Assembly: GCA_951406725.2 (NCBI GenBank)
Contig: OX597839.1
Location: forward strand, 30,070,001-30,134,000
DNA length: 64,000 nucleotides
Reading direction: 5' to 3'
Origin: Octopus vulgaris
Lineage: Eukaryota
Part shown: positions 11,436-22,620 of the stretch, piece after piece
Position numbering within the stretch: position 1 is the first letter of the stretch
How the letters are laid out: every line of letters starts with the position of its first letter
The notes under the pieces: generated by a model
What the model was told of the DNA's origin: nothing
Databases searched by the model: none
The model's input: only the letters and a program-made list of their open reading frames with translations
Made by a program: the position numbers and the translations under genes

Positions 11436-11740
11436 GGCACGTGGCTTAGTGGTCAGAGTCTTCAGCTCACAGCTATAAGGTTGTGAGTTTGATTCCTGCT
11501 GGTACTTTTTGTCCTTGAACAAGATGCTTCATTTCATGTTGCCTCAGTCCACTCAGCCGGCAGAAATGAGTTCTACCTGTATTTCAAAGGACTTGCCTTG
11601 TCACACTCTTTGTCATGCTGAATCTCCCTGAGTACATGTCTGTGGAGTGCTCAGCCACTTGCACATTAATTCCATGAGTGGGCTGTTCTGTTGATTGGAT
11701 TAACTGGAACCCTCATCATCATAACCGATGGAGTGCCCAT
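11436..11740 (+). mobile_element. tRNA-derived SINE, older copy of the 46948-47335 family
   Basis: GGCACGTGGCTTAGTGG head; body TGTGGAGTGCTCAGCCACTT shared with the young copy. Confidence 0.7.
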
Positions 11741-12304
11741 CATTTGAATTGAAGTGAGGTGGGAGATGAGTTGTCAGTAGGACTAGAATGATAGATGAAA
11801 TACCTTGCAATATTTAGTTTCATCAAGGGTATCAAGGTGGCAAGCTGAGAGAATTGTTATGGTGCCAGGCAAATGCTTAGCAATACTTCATCCATCTTTA
11901 CCTCCTGAGTTCATCTTTTCAGGGTCGATAAAATAAGTAACAGTTGTGTACTGAGATTGATGTAATCACTTACCCCTCCCCAACATTGCTGGCCTTGTGG
12001 ATAATTCGAAAGCAATATTTAGTTTCATCCCTCTACTTTAAAATCTAGTTTTATGTAGGGACAAAAAAAAAAGGGTGAGGGGGCAATATTTATAACATGA
12101 GTAATTAGAACCATACAATCAGAAATAATTTACTGCTAAACTGTGTCTGTTTGGTTTTTGTTTGGTGCTATTTCCCTCCACTTCATCTTTGCATATTATT
12201 TATTCTTGGTCAGGGGATGATCTGACTCACTCAAGGGCCAAATCACTTGGTCAAGAGCTGCAAATGAGTATCATTTGCAGCATCCAGTTGATTAACCAAC
12301 ATTC

Positions 12305-12990
12305 TGTCATCATCATCATCATTTAATGTCCATTGTCCATGCTGGGTATGGGTTGGATGGTTTGACCAGAGCTTGCCAGCTCTGGTCAGCTGCACCAGAT
12401 TCCAGTCTGATTTGGCATGGTTTGCTATGGTTGGACACCCTTCCTCACACCAACCACACAGCAGGGTGTGTACTGGATGCTCTCTACATGGCACCACCAC
12501 AGGGGGCTTTATGTAGCACTGCCACAGGTGCTTTGCACCACTACAGGGACTGGTCTTAACACTTCTGCTGTGGAGCATGGGTTTTCTTGAGTATAGTAAG
12601 GTGCCACGCATCTTGGTCCTTTGTCATCTCACCTGAAAGGTTCAGCATCCTGAGGTCGTTCTTCAGTACTTCATCCTATGTCTTCCTGAGTATAGTAAGG
12701 TGCCACGCACTTTCACGTGTTCCATCTACTATAAGAGGTCGGCACTTCTTTATAGAGCTATCAGCATCCATCCACATCACACCAAACCAACGCAGTCTTC
12801 TCTCTTGCACACAGCAACTAATTCCTCTTAGGCCTAACTTCTCTCTCTCTCTAAACAATAGCACCCTGATGAAGAACATGTAACCTTACATAACACATCC
12901 AGTGGAGCATACTAGCCTCATTCCTTTCTAATCTTCACATGTCCTCTGCTTTCAGGGCCCATGTCTCACTACCATGTGGAATTGCTGTCC
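12305..12990 (-). mobile_element. RTE LINE 3' fragment with (CAT)n tail
   Basis: REKLGLRGISCCVQERRLRWFGVMWMD...IKKCR coding remnant plus the common 3' terminus. Confidence 0.75.
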
Positions 12991-13381
12991 ATATACATAT
13001 ATGGCTCTTAAGATCATTTTAGGCACAAGCATGGCTGTATTAGTAAGACGCTAGCTTCCCAACCACGTGGTTCCAGGTTCAGTCCCACTGCATGATACCA
13101 TGGGCAAGTCTTTTCAACTATAACCTTGTGAGTGGATTTGGTAGACAAATTGACATAAACCTGCTGTGTGTGTGTGTGTTTGTCCTCCATCACCACTTGA
13201 CAGCTGGCATTGGTGTGTTTATGTCCCTATAACTTAGTGGTATGGTATTTTCTCTTTCCTTCTTACTTTCTCTTAATTCATATCCATTTCTTTCAACTGT
13301 CTTCTTTTCATTTCTCTAATTCTTCTCTCTCTCTATACCCTTCTAATATAAAACACTTCTATTCATCTCTGTAATATAGCG

Positions 13382-13606
13382 CAGTGGCTCTCAACCAGTG
13401 GTTCTCAACCTTATGACCATTAGAGGTCCATTTGACCATTAGAGAGTCCTTGGTTATGCTTCTAAAATACACAATTTTTTAAAATACAATTCCTAATAAT
13501 ATTCAATTATAAAAACATAATAGGAGTTCTTTTATGTTGAATGGATATTGGGATCCTAAAATAGGAATCAAAAGTGGGGCCAAAGGGAAAGAAAAGAGTA
13601 CCACTG
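13382..13606. mobile_element. hAT/Charlie-like MITE
   Basis: Termini CAGTGG(C/T)TCTCAACC ... GAGTACCACTG; imperfect 8-bp flanks ATATAGCG / ATATAGTA. Confidence 0.55.
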
Positions 13607-13712
13607 ATATAGTACCACTTTCTCCTAAGGCACCAGACCAAACTGATATAGAATATTGACAAATAATTTTTCTTTTTTTCTTTTTTATGCTCTGTATTTT
13701 TTTTTATTCCAG

Positions 13713-13833
13713 CAAAGTTGATGCTTTTACTCCTAACCTTTTGAATTATCCAATGTTCCAAATGGCTAAATCCATTGATTTTGAGCAAAAATCAGGTGAA
13801 CTTCTAATAATTCCGACTGGCTGGTATCATCAG
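13713..13833 (+). CDS. JmjC protein coding exon 6 (distal His ligand)
   Basis: ttttattccag|C; (S)KVDAFTPNLLNYPMFQMAKSIDFEQKSGELLIIPTGWYHQ; donor CAG|GTGTGT. Confidence 0.92.
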
Positions 13834-15053
13834 GTGTGTATAGTAGACTTTTTCATAAATCTTAGTATTTTGTGATATTTTTATCCCTTTAGCATTCAAA
13901 TGTTGCTAACCTGACCACCTTAAAAAAAAAAAACTATTTATTCCAAGTAACCATATCCAGCTGCCTTTGAATCTATCTTTCCATCACAGATAAAGTCATT
14001 TATTTCTTAGTTTCCCTGTTTCATTATTTTGATATGACATCAACATTTCAATGTCAAAGGCTGACACATTTTAGAGGGATTCTGTAATGGAAGTAGAAAT
14101 GAGTTTCTATAAGCCAAGTCCATGTTCTTGTTGTTATACTTTATTTTTATATCAAATATTGTCCTTGAGAAAGTTATGTACACCATACAATCTTAATCCT
14201 TTTAAACGAACTGTCTACTGTCAGATGTATCCATGAATGGGTGATCAATAGTACAGCTCTTCAGACAATTTTTCCAACTTAATCTTAGTTTGTAGAATGG
14301 ACACACTATATTCCTGCATGTTGTAAGAGGTAGCCAAGGGAGTTGGTGACAGGAAAAGTATTCAGTCAGAAAACACTGCCTTAAAAAGTCTCATACAACC
14401 CTTGCCAGCATAGGCATGCAGACATGAAAATGATGATGATAATAACTAGCACTGGTGCGGGTGCCACGTAAAAGTATTTCTGCGGGAGCCACATAAAAAG
14501 CTCACATGCTAGTAGCATGTAAAAGCACCCAATACGCTTTGTAAAGTGGTCGGTGTTAGGGAGAGCATCTAGCTGTAGAAACCACGCCAAAACAATGGAA
14601 TTTATTTGATACAGCTCCTGGACTTGCCACTTCCTGTCCAACCATCCAACACATTCCAGTTTGGAAGACGACATTAAATGATAATTATGATGATTATTGT
14701 ATTTTGATAGGTTTATTCTCTGATTATCATTAGGTGTCTTATTTCTGGGTGTGCAAATAGTACCAAACTGAATTAAAGCAGGAACCATGTTTCTAAACTA
14801 AGAGGAGTAGCATTGTTATCCACAACTCCACTGATATCTGTAACTGAGTTGGACAGAAATGTTATTTGGTACACATCTAAGAATGCGATATATGAGGATG
14901 GCCAAACTAGGAATGCAGCATATGATGATGGCCCAAACTCAAAGCTATCAAAACAAATGTAGATGCAAATATCAAAATATTCTCATCTGTAATGATGAGG
15001 CTAATGATTTGAAATATTCCATTCTACTCTAGGCACAAGGCCTAAAATTTTGG

Positions 15054-15720
15054 GTATATTGAGCTTTGTACATTTGTATGCCAATATCTCTTTGATGGCA
15101 TGCACTGCTCTCTCACTCAATCACAATAATAATGATGATAATAGTAATGATAATAATAATAATCTTGCCCTGATGTAGTCCCAGACATTGGCTCTCATGG
15201 CTTCTGATCTTAACTGATTGGAAGTGTTATTGTGTACATTGTTTTGTTTTGGTATAAAAGATGGGTTACAGCAAATATTCTGCTCAATACCACAGATTTG
15301 CTTGTCACTTGTTTGACCATAACCAATTGACCATGTCCGTAGGTGGCTGACGATATGTGCATTTCTGATCATGAACAGATGTAGTGGGGGAGCATCATAG
15401 TCATGTGTTGAGAGGGATTCTTTGGCGCTTGGATAATTCACCTTTGGAAACATGGGTGTTTCGTTCAACCTCCTTAAACAACCCTTATTCAAGGACCATT
15501 TGAGTGGTATGGGCTACTCAACCTGAAGAAAATTTTAAATGGGCCCCACCTGTGAGGTCATGCGCTGTTTATTTTGATATGAGATCACTATGTCATGCAC
15601 ATATGGTTGTGATGCATGTGCCTGGTCTATTCTCATCAGACGGGTAGTCATGATGGGTATACTGGGCTTTGTATATTTTACCCCAGTGTCACTTTGATAG
15701 CATGCACTGCTCTCTCATTC

Positions 15721-15769
<49 letters not shown>
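15054..15769 (+). mobile_element. LINE-type 3' UTR repeat with a duplicated 3' terminus and (AAT)n tail
   Basis: ~65-bp terminus ...TTTGAT(G/A)GCATGCACTGCTCTCTCA(C/T)TCAAT occurs at ~15054-15121 and ~15656-15722, each followed by AAT repeats. Confidence 0.6.
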
Positions 15770-15933
15770 GTACTAATCTGAAATATCGTATTCTTATTTC
15801 AGACATTTTGACATTTAATCATGATTGCTAAGTGTTCCAGAGCTGCAACTGGAAATATGGCTCTGTTTGAAGTGTCTGCTGTTTCTTCTCTCCATTGTAT
15901 TATTCTAATATACTTCATTTTCATGGATTTCAG

Positions 15934-16083
15934 GCTTATAATTCGGAAGAAACTCTTGCTATTTCTAGTCAAATAATGAACTCCATGAACTATTTGGCTA
16001 TTATGGAAGAAATTATTAAAGTTGGTAATTTACAGAAACATACCCTACCAGACAATTTTGGAAGACTTTCAATAAAAGAACAG
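15934..16083 (+). CDS. JmjC protein coding exon 7
   Basis: tttcag|GCT; AYNSEETLAISSQIMNSMNYLAIMEEIIK...SIKEQ; donor CAG|GTTTGT; 150 nt. Confidence 0.88.
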
Positions 16084-16859
16084 GTTTGTTATCATCTGCA
16101 TTTTATATTTTTTAAGTGAAGTCAAGAGGGCAGTAAAAGTTATAGAAATGATTGTGTGCTGAGCTAAATGCATTTTTGCTAAGAATGGGTCTTCAGATTT
16201 CACCAGTTTTGTATTTCTTCTGTCCAGAGTCAATAAAGAAACTACCAACTATATATACTGGCACCAATTTATATTTCTTGCCTAAAAAATTGTACCTTTT
16301 TCTTTTTATATCTTTTATCTATTACTTTTTTCTGTTGTTAGACTGTGGCCATACTGAGGCACACGGGGGGACTGAACCTGCAAATATGTGATGGGGAAGC
16401 AAACTTCTTACCACACAATCACACCTGATTATATAATTCCAACATTTCATTCTTTCCTTTTGATTTAAGCAATCAATGCCGAGGGAATTGAAGAAAGTGA
16501 AGACTCATGATTCTAATTAACAGATGTGCTGACACTGTTGATTAGATCTGATTTGACTAATGATTGACATCAAAGATTGATCTCTCTATTTGTTCAGTCA
16601 TTATGTTTCCCAAATTAGAAATAAAAAGATCAAACAGACAAAGTAAACAATTAATCCATAAATTATTAGTTTCAATCTGTTTCAGAGATTTTGTCACCTC
16701 TTCGTTTTATATTGATACAATTAGAATTAGTCCCATGTCATCTACAAATATCAATGTAATTGACAGGTGTTCTGTCCAAAGAGAGACTTATTCTTCATAT
16801 ACTTCACAGAATAGGGAAAGTTCTCATTTGTAAGTAGTATCAATATAAAAATTGACATA

Positions 16860-18222
16860 TGGTAAAATGTCTTGTAGTGCAGAATTGAGCTCCTGTTCTG
16901 AGGGAGATGGCCCTGCTCAATGTGTAGAAAAGGTGCAGGTAGAAACTCCATAAGATGCACCCAGTATAAGCTTTGGACACATAAAAGGTGTAACAACATC
17001 AAAGGAAGGTTAACAGAGAAACAAACTTTTGTATGTGAAAGATGCACAGGTACAATAAACACTGAAATGTGCAGAAAATAGACTCCATCAATTGCCAGGG
17101 GTACAAGCTAAAGGGAGTAGATAGCATCCATTATCTAGGTTAGTAGTGGAGGTGGATGCTCTGAGAGCGTAGCTGTGAGAATAAGATTAGGCTGAGTAAA
17201 ATTCAGAGAGCTCCTACCCCTGCTGGCAACAAAGAGCCTCTCTCTCAGAGTGAAAGGCAGATTGTTTGATGCCTGTGTGTGAACAGCCACACTACATGGC
17301 ACTGAAACATGGGCTGTGACAGCTGAGGACATGCGTAAGGTTTGAAGGAAATGAAGCCAATATGCTTCACTGGATGTGCAATGTCAGTGTGCATGTTTGA
17401 CAGAGTATAAGTATCTTGAGAGAAAAGTCAGGCATAAGAGGCATCAGATGTGGTGTGCAAGAGAGACGACTGCACTGGTAAGGTCATGTGATACATATGG
17501 ATGAGGACAGCTGTGTAAAGAAGTTCTGATGTCTAACTGTGGAGGGAACCTGTGGTAGAGGTAGACCCAGGAAGACATAGGACGAAATAATGAAGCATGA
17601 TCTTTGAACTTTGAGCTTCACAGAGGCAATGACTAGTGACTGAGATCTATGGCATGATGCTGTACTTGAGAAGACCCGTCAAGCCAAGTGCACTCATGCT
17701 GGTGGCATGTAAGGGACATCTTTCAAGTGTCGGACCTCGCAGAGGCAAAGTGGCTGAGTTCCTTTTGAGTATTAGGCCTCATGGAGGCAAAATTGTTGAC
17801 ATCCTCTTGAGTGTTGGGCCTCACAGAAGCAAGGTGACTGAGTTCCTTTCGAGTGTTGGGCCTCACGGAGGCAATGACCAAGACCTTTGGCATTATGTCG
17901 TGCTTGAGAAGAAGAAGACCCATGAAGCCAAGCAAAATCACAGTTGTGTCAGGTACCAGTGTCATGCAACTAGGCACCTGTGTTGGTGGCACATAAACGC
18001 ACCGTGATGTCATGCAAATGCCACCCATGCCAGTGGAACATAAAAGCACCCATTACACTCTCAGAGTGGTTGGTTTTAGGAAGGGCATCCAGCCATAGAA
18101 AACCATACCAAATCAGACTGGATTCTGGTGCAGCCTTCCAGCCTTGCCAGCCCAGTCAAGCCGCCCAACCGATGTGTGTTACAACGGATGTTAAATTATG
18201 ATGATGATGATGATGATGATGA
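16860..18222 (+). mobile_element. RTE LINE 3' portion (PHD-like finger, RT C-terminus, tandem-repeat 3' UTR, (GAT)n tail)
   Basis: WPCSMCRKG...HKRC...CERC; RELLPLLATKSLSLRVKGRLFDACV; GRGRPRKT; tandem GTTGGGCCTCA units 17720-17880. Confidence 0.8.
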
Positions 18223-18899
18223 TAAGCTCCACCTGGCTGATTTGGTCTCAATATAACACAGAGAGAGAGACAGACAGACAGACTCTTCAGTATTGCCTCT
18301 GTTACCAAATGGGTTGAGGGATTCATTAGTATTATTCAGTCCTTGTTAAGTGTAATATTTCTATTTATATATAAATATACCCATGCCAGTATGGAAGGCA
18401 AATGTTAAACAATGATGGTGATGAGGACGACGATGGGATTAAGTTTTATCTCAAACTTTCGATTTTATCAAGGCTTTTTCAATGTTCTTATTCATTTCAA
18501 TACAGTCTCTTCACCTGAAGGTTTTCAGGAATATATCCATTTCATATAAGTGGCTATTGAACCAGGTTGCACTAAATGTAATTAGGCCAATTTGAGCATA
18601 TTACTCTTTTGTGCCCTTAAAAACACAGTGAAGGAATTGCACTTCTTTCTGATGAGTGTGCACTTTTCAGAAGTAATTACCGATCATTAATCTACTATAA
18701 GGCTTATAGGAAGCCTTTGTGATAGCTTATATCCAGCTAGTGTAAATGGGCTGTAGAGGCAACCATTTCCGTCGTGAAACAGTGCTATATGAGTTACAAG
18801 ATACAAACTGTGAAACTTTTATCCTGAAATTGTTCTATTGTCTTCCATTAAATTTGATCCTGGCTTTATATAACACCAGTTGGAACTGTTATAACAACT

Positions 18900-20010
18900 G
18901 AACAAGAGCAAGCAACAAAACAGGCACAACATTTCTAAACTACATCTGACCAGATAAAGCTGCTGATCTTTATCCAACAGAATATGCTCTTCACATCAAG
19001 ATTATGCCCTTCATTTGCGGTCAAGAATGTCATCAAATCCATGAAAACTAGTAAAGCACTGGGCATTGACTTCCTCTGTGTAGAAATGATCAAAAACAGT
19101 CCTTGTTCCTGCGATACCAGAGTCACTTGATCTTTATGGAATCATCAGGAAGAGTGACAACCATTGCAAGTAACCTAAGGGACTAATTGTGAAACTTTCC
19201 CCAGAAAGGAAACTGATAAAGGAGCTGCAATAATTAGCTTGGTATGATGATCCTCTCTGTCGTTAGCAAGAATTCTTCTCCAAAAGATTGGCTTAAAGCT
19301 GAGAGAAGAGCAGACAGAATTCAGGAAAGGTAGTGGGGGGGGGCATACAACGAGATTTTTGCATTGATGAACAGTGGAATGTACTGTTTAATATCGAATA
19401 CACAGGAAACACTGCAGAGTATTATAGTGAACATTATTGTATTTTGATAGTGTAAGAGATAATCTCTTGCCAAATTGAGTCTTTTATCTAGGTTTGGTTC
19501 TTGGCAAAACTATTTCATTGAGTCACTATCATCCACTCCCATTCCATCTCCTGAAGCCAAGAGGGCTAAGAACCAGTTAATAGTCAACAAGTTGAAACTT
19601 GAATGCTATGTAGGATACAAAGAGATATTTATTCTTTATCTTTTACTTGCTTCAGTCATTAGACGGCAGCAATACTGGGACACCACCTTCAAGAATTTCT
19701 AATCTAATCAATTGCCCCCCCCCCCACTACTTTTTTTTATTCATATATTTTTCTCTTTATAACTGATGTAGATGATATGAATTAGAAATAAAATTGAAGG
19801 GTACTAGTTACATATCTGAACCCTTAAAATCCTAATGAAAATTGTGTAAATCAAAAGCCCAGAACTGAAATGATTCTTTTACAGAACTGAGATTAGCTTG
19901 GTATTATGTTCCTCTTTGTCCTTAGCAAGAATTATTCTCCAAAAGATTGACTAAAAGCTGAGAGAAGAACAAACAGGATTCAGGAAAGGTAGAGGATGCA
20001 TTAATGAGAT
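18900..20010 (+). mobile_element. Two degenerate LINE RT fragments (18900-19620 and 19860-20010)
   Basis: KALGIDFLCVEMIK (KAxGxD-like); LARI(L/I)LQ..KLREEQ..FRKG repeated at 19231-19333 and 19891-19992. Confidence 0.6.
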
Positions 20011-20660
20011 TGTATAGGGAAGGGATTAGGGTTTCCACCCTTACCTTAAACAGTTCCTTACTTTCTTCAAACTCTGTGGGAACAATTATACTAGTATACT
20101 TCATGTGTTATTATGCATTTCAGGACTGGCTGAAATATACAGGAATTTAAGAATTAAATACAGGCATTGTTGTGTGGTAAAAAACTTGTTCCCCAACCAC
20201 ATGGTTCTGGGTTCAATCTCACTTCATGGCACCTTGGACAAGTGTCTTATACTATATCCTCAGACTGACCAAAGCCTTGTGAGTGGATTTAGTACATAGA
20301 AACTGAAAGAAGCCTGTCATATACATGTGTGTGTGTGTTTGTCCCCCACTACCGCTTGAAAAGTGGTGTTGGTATGTTTATGTCCTTGTAACTTAGCAGT
20401 TCAGCAAAAGAGACTGATAGACTAAATACCAAGTTTAAAAACAAAAAATAAGTACTAGGGTTGATTCGTTCAACTAAAAGTCTTCAAGACACTGCCCCAG
20501 CTTGGGCACAATCTAATGACTGAAACAAGTAAGAGATAAAATTAAATATGCTACACATGAGATACAGAGAGGGGAACATAAAAAATGTAATTAATATTCC
20601 ACTCTATAATTAACAATCCACTCTACTAATTTGTTTCTTTTTTTTATCTTCCTTTTAAAG

Positions 20661-20753
20661 GTTCGGTCTCTCATCAAATCATTACCTTACCAAATTTTAC
20701 TACAAGGCCGTCGAGTTGTTGACACTTACCAAAGAACAAGAGAAGAACTCTAG
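20661..20753 (+). CDS. JmjC protein terminal exon ending REEL-stop
   Basis: Strong polypyrimidine tract ...ccttttaaag|GTT; VRSLIKSLPYQILLQGRRVVDTYQRTREEL*; AATAAA downstream at 20932. Confidence 0.78.
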   Translation, partial: VRSLIKSLPYQILLQGRRVVDTYQRTREEL

Positions 20754-20931
20754 CTTGGAAGAAATTCTTTTCATGTTATCAATTCTGAAAATTATTAATT
20801 GTTCATAAACGTTTTTCTTCAAGACACCACCATATTTTATTCACATTGAGAAGGCGTCTAAAAATGAAATGCCATTTAATATAATCGGAGACATTTTAGT
20901 GTTTTATGAAGTCAGTATATCATCATGTTCT

Positions 20932-20937
20932 AATAAA
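20932..20937 (+). terminator. Candidate polyadenylation signal of the JmjC gene
   Basis: AATAAA ~180 nt after the stop, followed by T/GT-rich sequence. Confidence 0.4.
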
Positions 20938-20984
20938 TTATTGTCTTCTTAAGTTGGAATCAAGTATTCCTTTGAACCACAGCA

Positions 20985-21225
20985 CTGTTGGTAACAAAGG
21001 GCCTCTTCCTCAGAGTGAAAGGCAGTGAAACATGGGCTGTGACTGTCGAGGGCATGCGTAGGCTTGAAAGAAATGAAGCTGGTATGCATCACTGGATGTG
21101 CAGTGTCAGTGTGCATACACAACATAGTGCAAACGTCTTGAGAGAAAAGTTGGGCATAAGAGACATCAGGTGTGGTGTGCAAGAGAGATGACTGCACTGG
21201 TATGGTCATGTGATGCACATGCATG
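20985..21225 (+). mobile_element. RTE fragment
   Basis: VTKGLFLRVKGSETWAVTVEGMRRLERNEAGMHHWMC...REKLGIRDIRCGVQER. Confidence 0.75.
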
Positions 21226-21249
21226 TGGGCATTGTTTCTACATGTAGAA

Positions 21250-22012
21250 ATTTAAACCCTGAGTGTAAAGATGGACAAAATGCTGCTAAGCATTTTGCCC
21301 AGCATGCCATCGATTCTGCCAGCTTGCCATCTTGAATGAAATAATAATAATAATAACAATAATAATGATGATGATGATGATTTCAAATTTGGGCACAAGG
21401 CCAGCAATTTTGGGGACGAGTATAAGTTAATTGCATCAACACCAACACTGAACTGGTCCTTATTTTACTGACTTCAAAAGGATGAAAGGTAAAGTCAACT
21501 AAAACCGAAAACGTAAATGTGAATGATATGCTGCTAAGCGTTTTGTCCGGTGTGCGAATGATTCTGCTAGCTTGCTACCTTTGATAATAATGGTAATGGT
21601 TTCAAATTTTGCCACAAGGGCCACAGTTTTGGTGGAGGGGATGAGTCAATTACATCAACTCCGGTCTTCAACTGGTACTTATTTTACTGACCCTGAAAGG
21701 ATGAAAGGAAAAGTCAACTCAGAACGTAGCGACAGACGAAATACTGTTCAGCAATTCACCTGGCATGCTAATGGTTCTGCCAGCTCACCACCTGAATGAT
21801 AATAATCTTTTCTACTCTAGGCACAAGGCCCAAAACTTTTGGAGAGGGGAAGTCGTTTAGATCACCCCAGTACATAACTGGTACTTAATTTATCAATCCC
21901 GAATGGATGAAAGGCAAAGTTGACCTTGGTGGAATTTGAACTCAGAATGTGAAGACAGAGAAGATGCCGCTAAGCATTTCGCCCAGCATGCTAACAATTC
22001 TGCCAGCTCACC
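21250..22012 (-). mobile_element. Head-to-tail cluster of about 4 tRNA-derived SINE copies
   Basis: Repeated units ACAAGG...AAGGATGAAAGG.AAAGT...TGCTAA..ATTCTGCCAGCT separated by AAT runs. Confidence 0.7.
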
Positions 22013-22359
22013 ACCAGGCATCCAGCTGTAGAAACATTGCCAGATCAGATTGGAGCCGGGTGCAGCCGCTGGCTTGCCAGACCTCAGTCAAACCATCCAA
22101 CCCATGCCAGCATGGAAAATGGATGTTAAACAATGATGATGATGATGACGACAATATAGTGTCAGACAAGTAACAAAATTGTCATAAGAATTCAAAGTCC
22201 GTGGGGATGGAACATCTGAAGTTAATGGTGATGTTGAAAAGGGCTTAGTAATGTCAGGCATACAGATGAGGATTAACTCCCAAAATATTATAATGAGAAA
22301 GTAGTTTTCTTTTAGCATATATGGGCAAGAAAGAACTGGGCTAATTAAAGATGTAAATT

Positions 22360-22620
22360 ATCGTCTGGCACCTGTGTCGGTGGCACATAAAAAACACCAT
22401 CCGAGCGTGGCTGTTCGCCAGCCTCGTCTGGCACCTGTGTCGGTGGCACATAAAATCACCCACTATACTCTCGTAGTGGTTGGCGTTAGGAAGGGCATCC
22501 AGCTGTAGAAACACTGCCAGATCTGACTGGCCTGGTGCAGCCTTCGGGCTCCCCAGACTCCAGTTGAACCGTCCAACCCATGCTAGCATGGAAAGCGGAC
22601 GTTAAACGATGATGATGATA
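22360..22620 (+). mobile_element. RTE-tail repeat with internal ~62-bp tandem units
   Basis: CGTCTGGCACCTGTGTCGGTGGCACATAAAA twice; common GTGGTTGGCGTTAGGAAGGGCATCCAGC...GATGATGAT end. Confidence 0.65.

Larger units (their letters stand above)
2973..20753 (+). other. Gene model: JmjC-domain oxygenase (JMJD4/6/8-like) with signal peptide and C-terminal REEL; join(2973-3238,6517-6625,8092-8235,9551-9712,10007-10092,13713-13833,15934-16083,20661-20753), ~376 aa
   Basis: All exon phases are compatible and the summed CDS is 1131 nt with no internal stop; JmjC motifs WPVILTDVITKWPAF, SPLHIDPY, GTKKWKLFPP, GELLIIPTGWYHQA. Confidence 0.85.

Noticed and set aside
15347-15353. CTGACGA, a possible hammerhead core
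   Set aside because: No stem II followed by GAAA downstream; other CTGANGA sites inspected (12867, 18649, 37032, 45924) also lack the architecture
16767-16814. Alternative terminal exon for the JmjC gene (VFCPKRDLFFIYFTE*)
   Set aside because: No polypyrimidine tract; the 20661 exon has a much stronger acceptor, a REEL end and a nearby AATAAA
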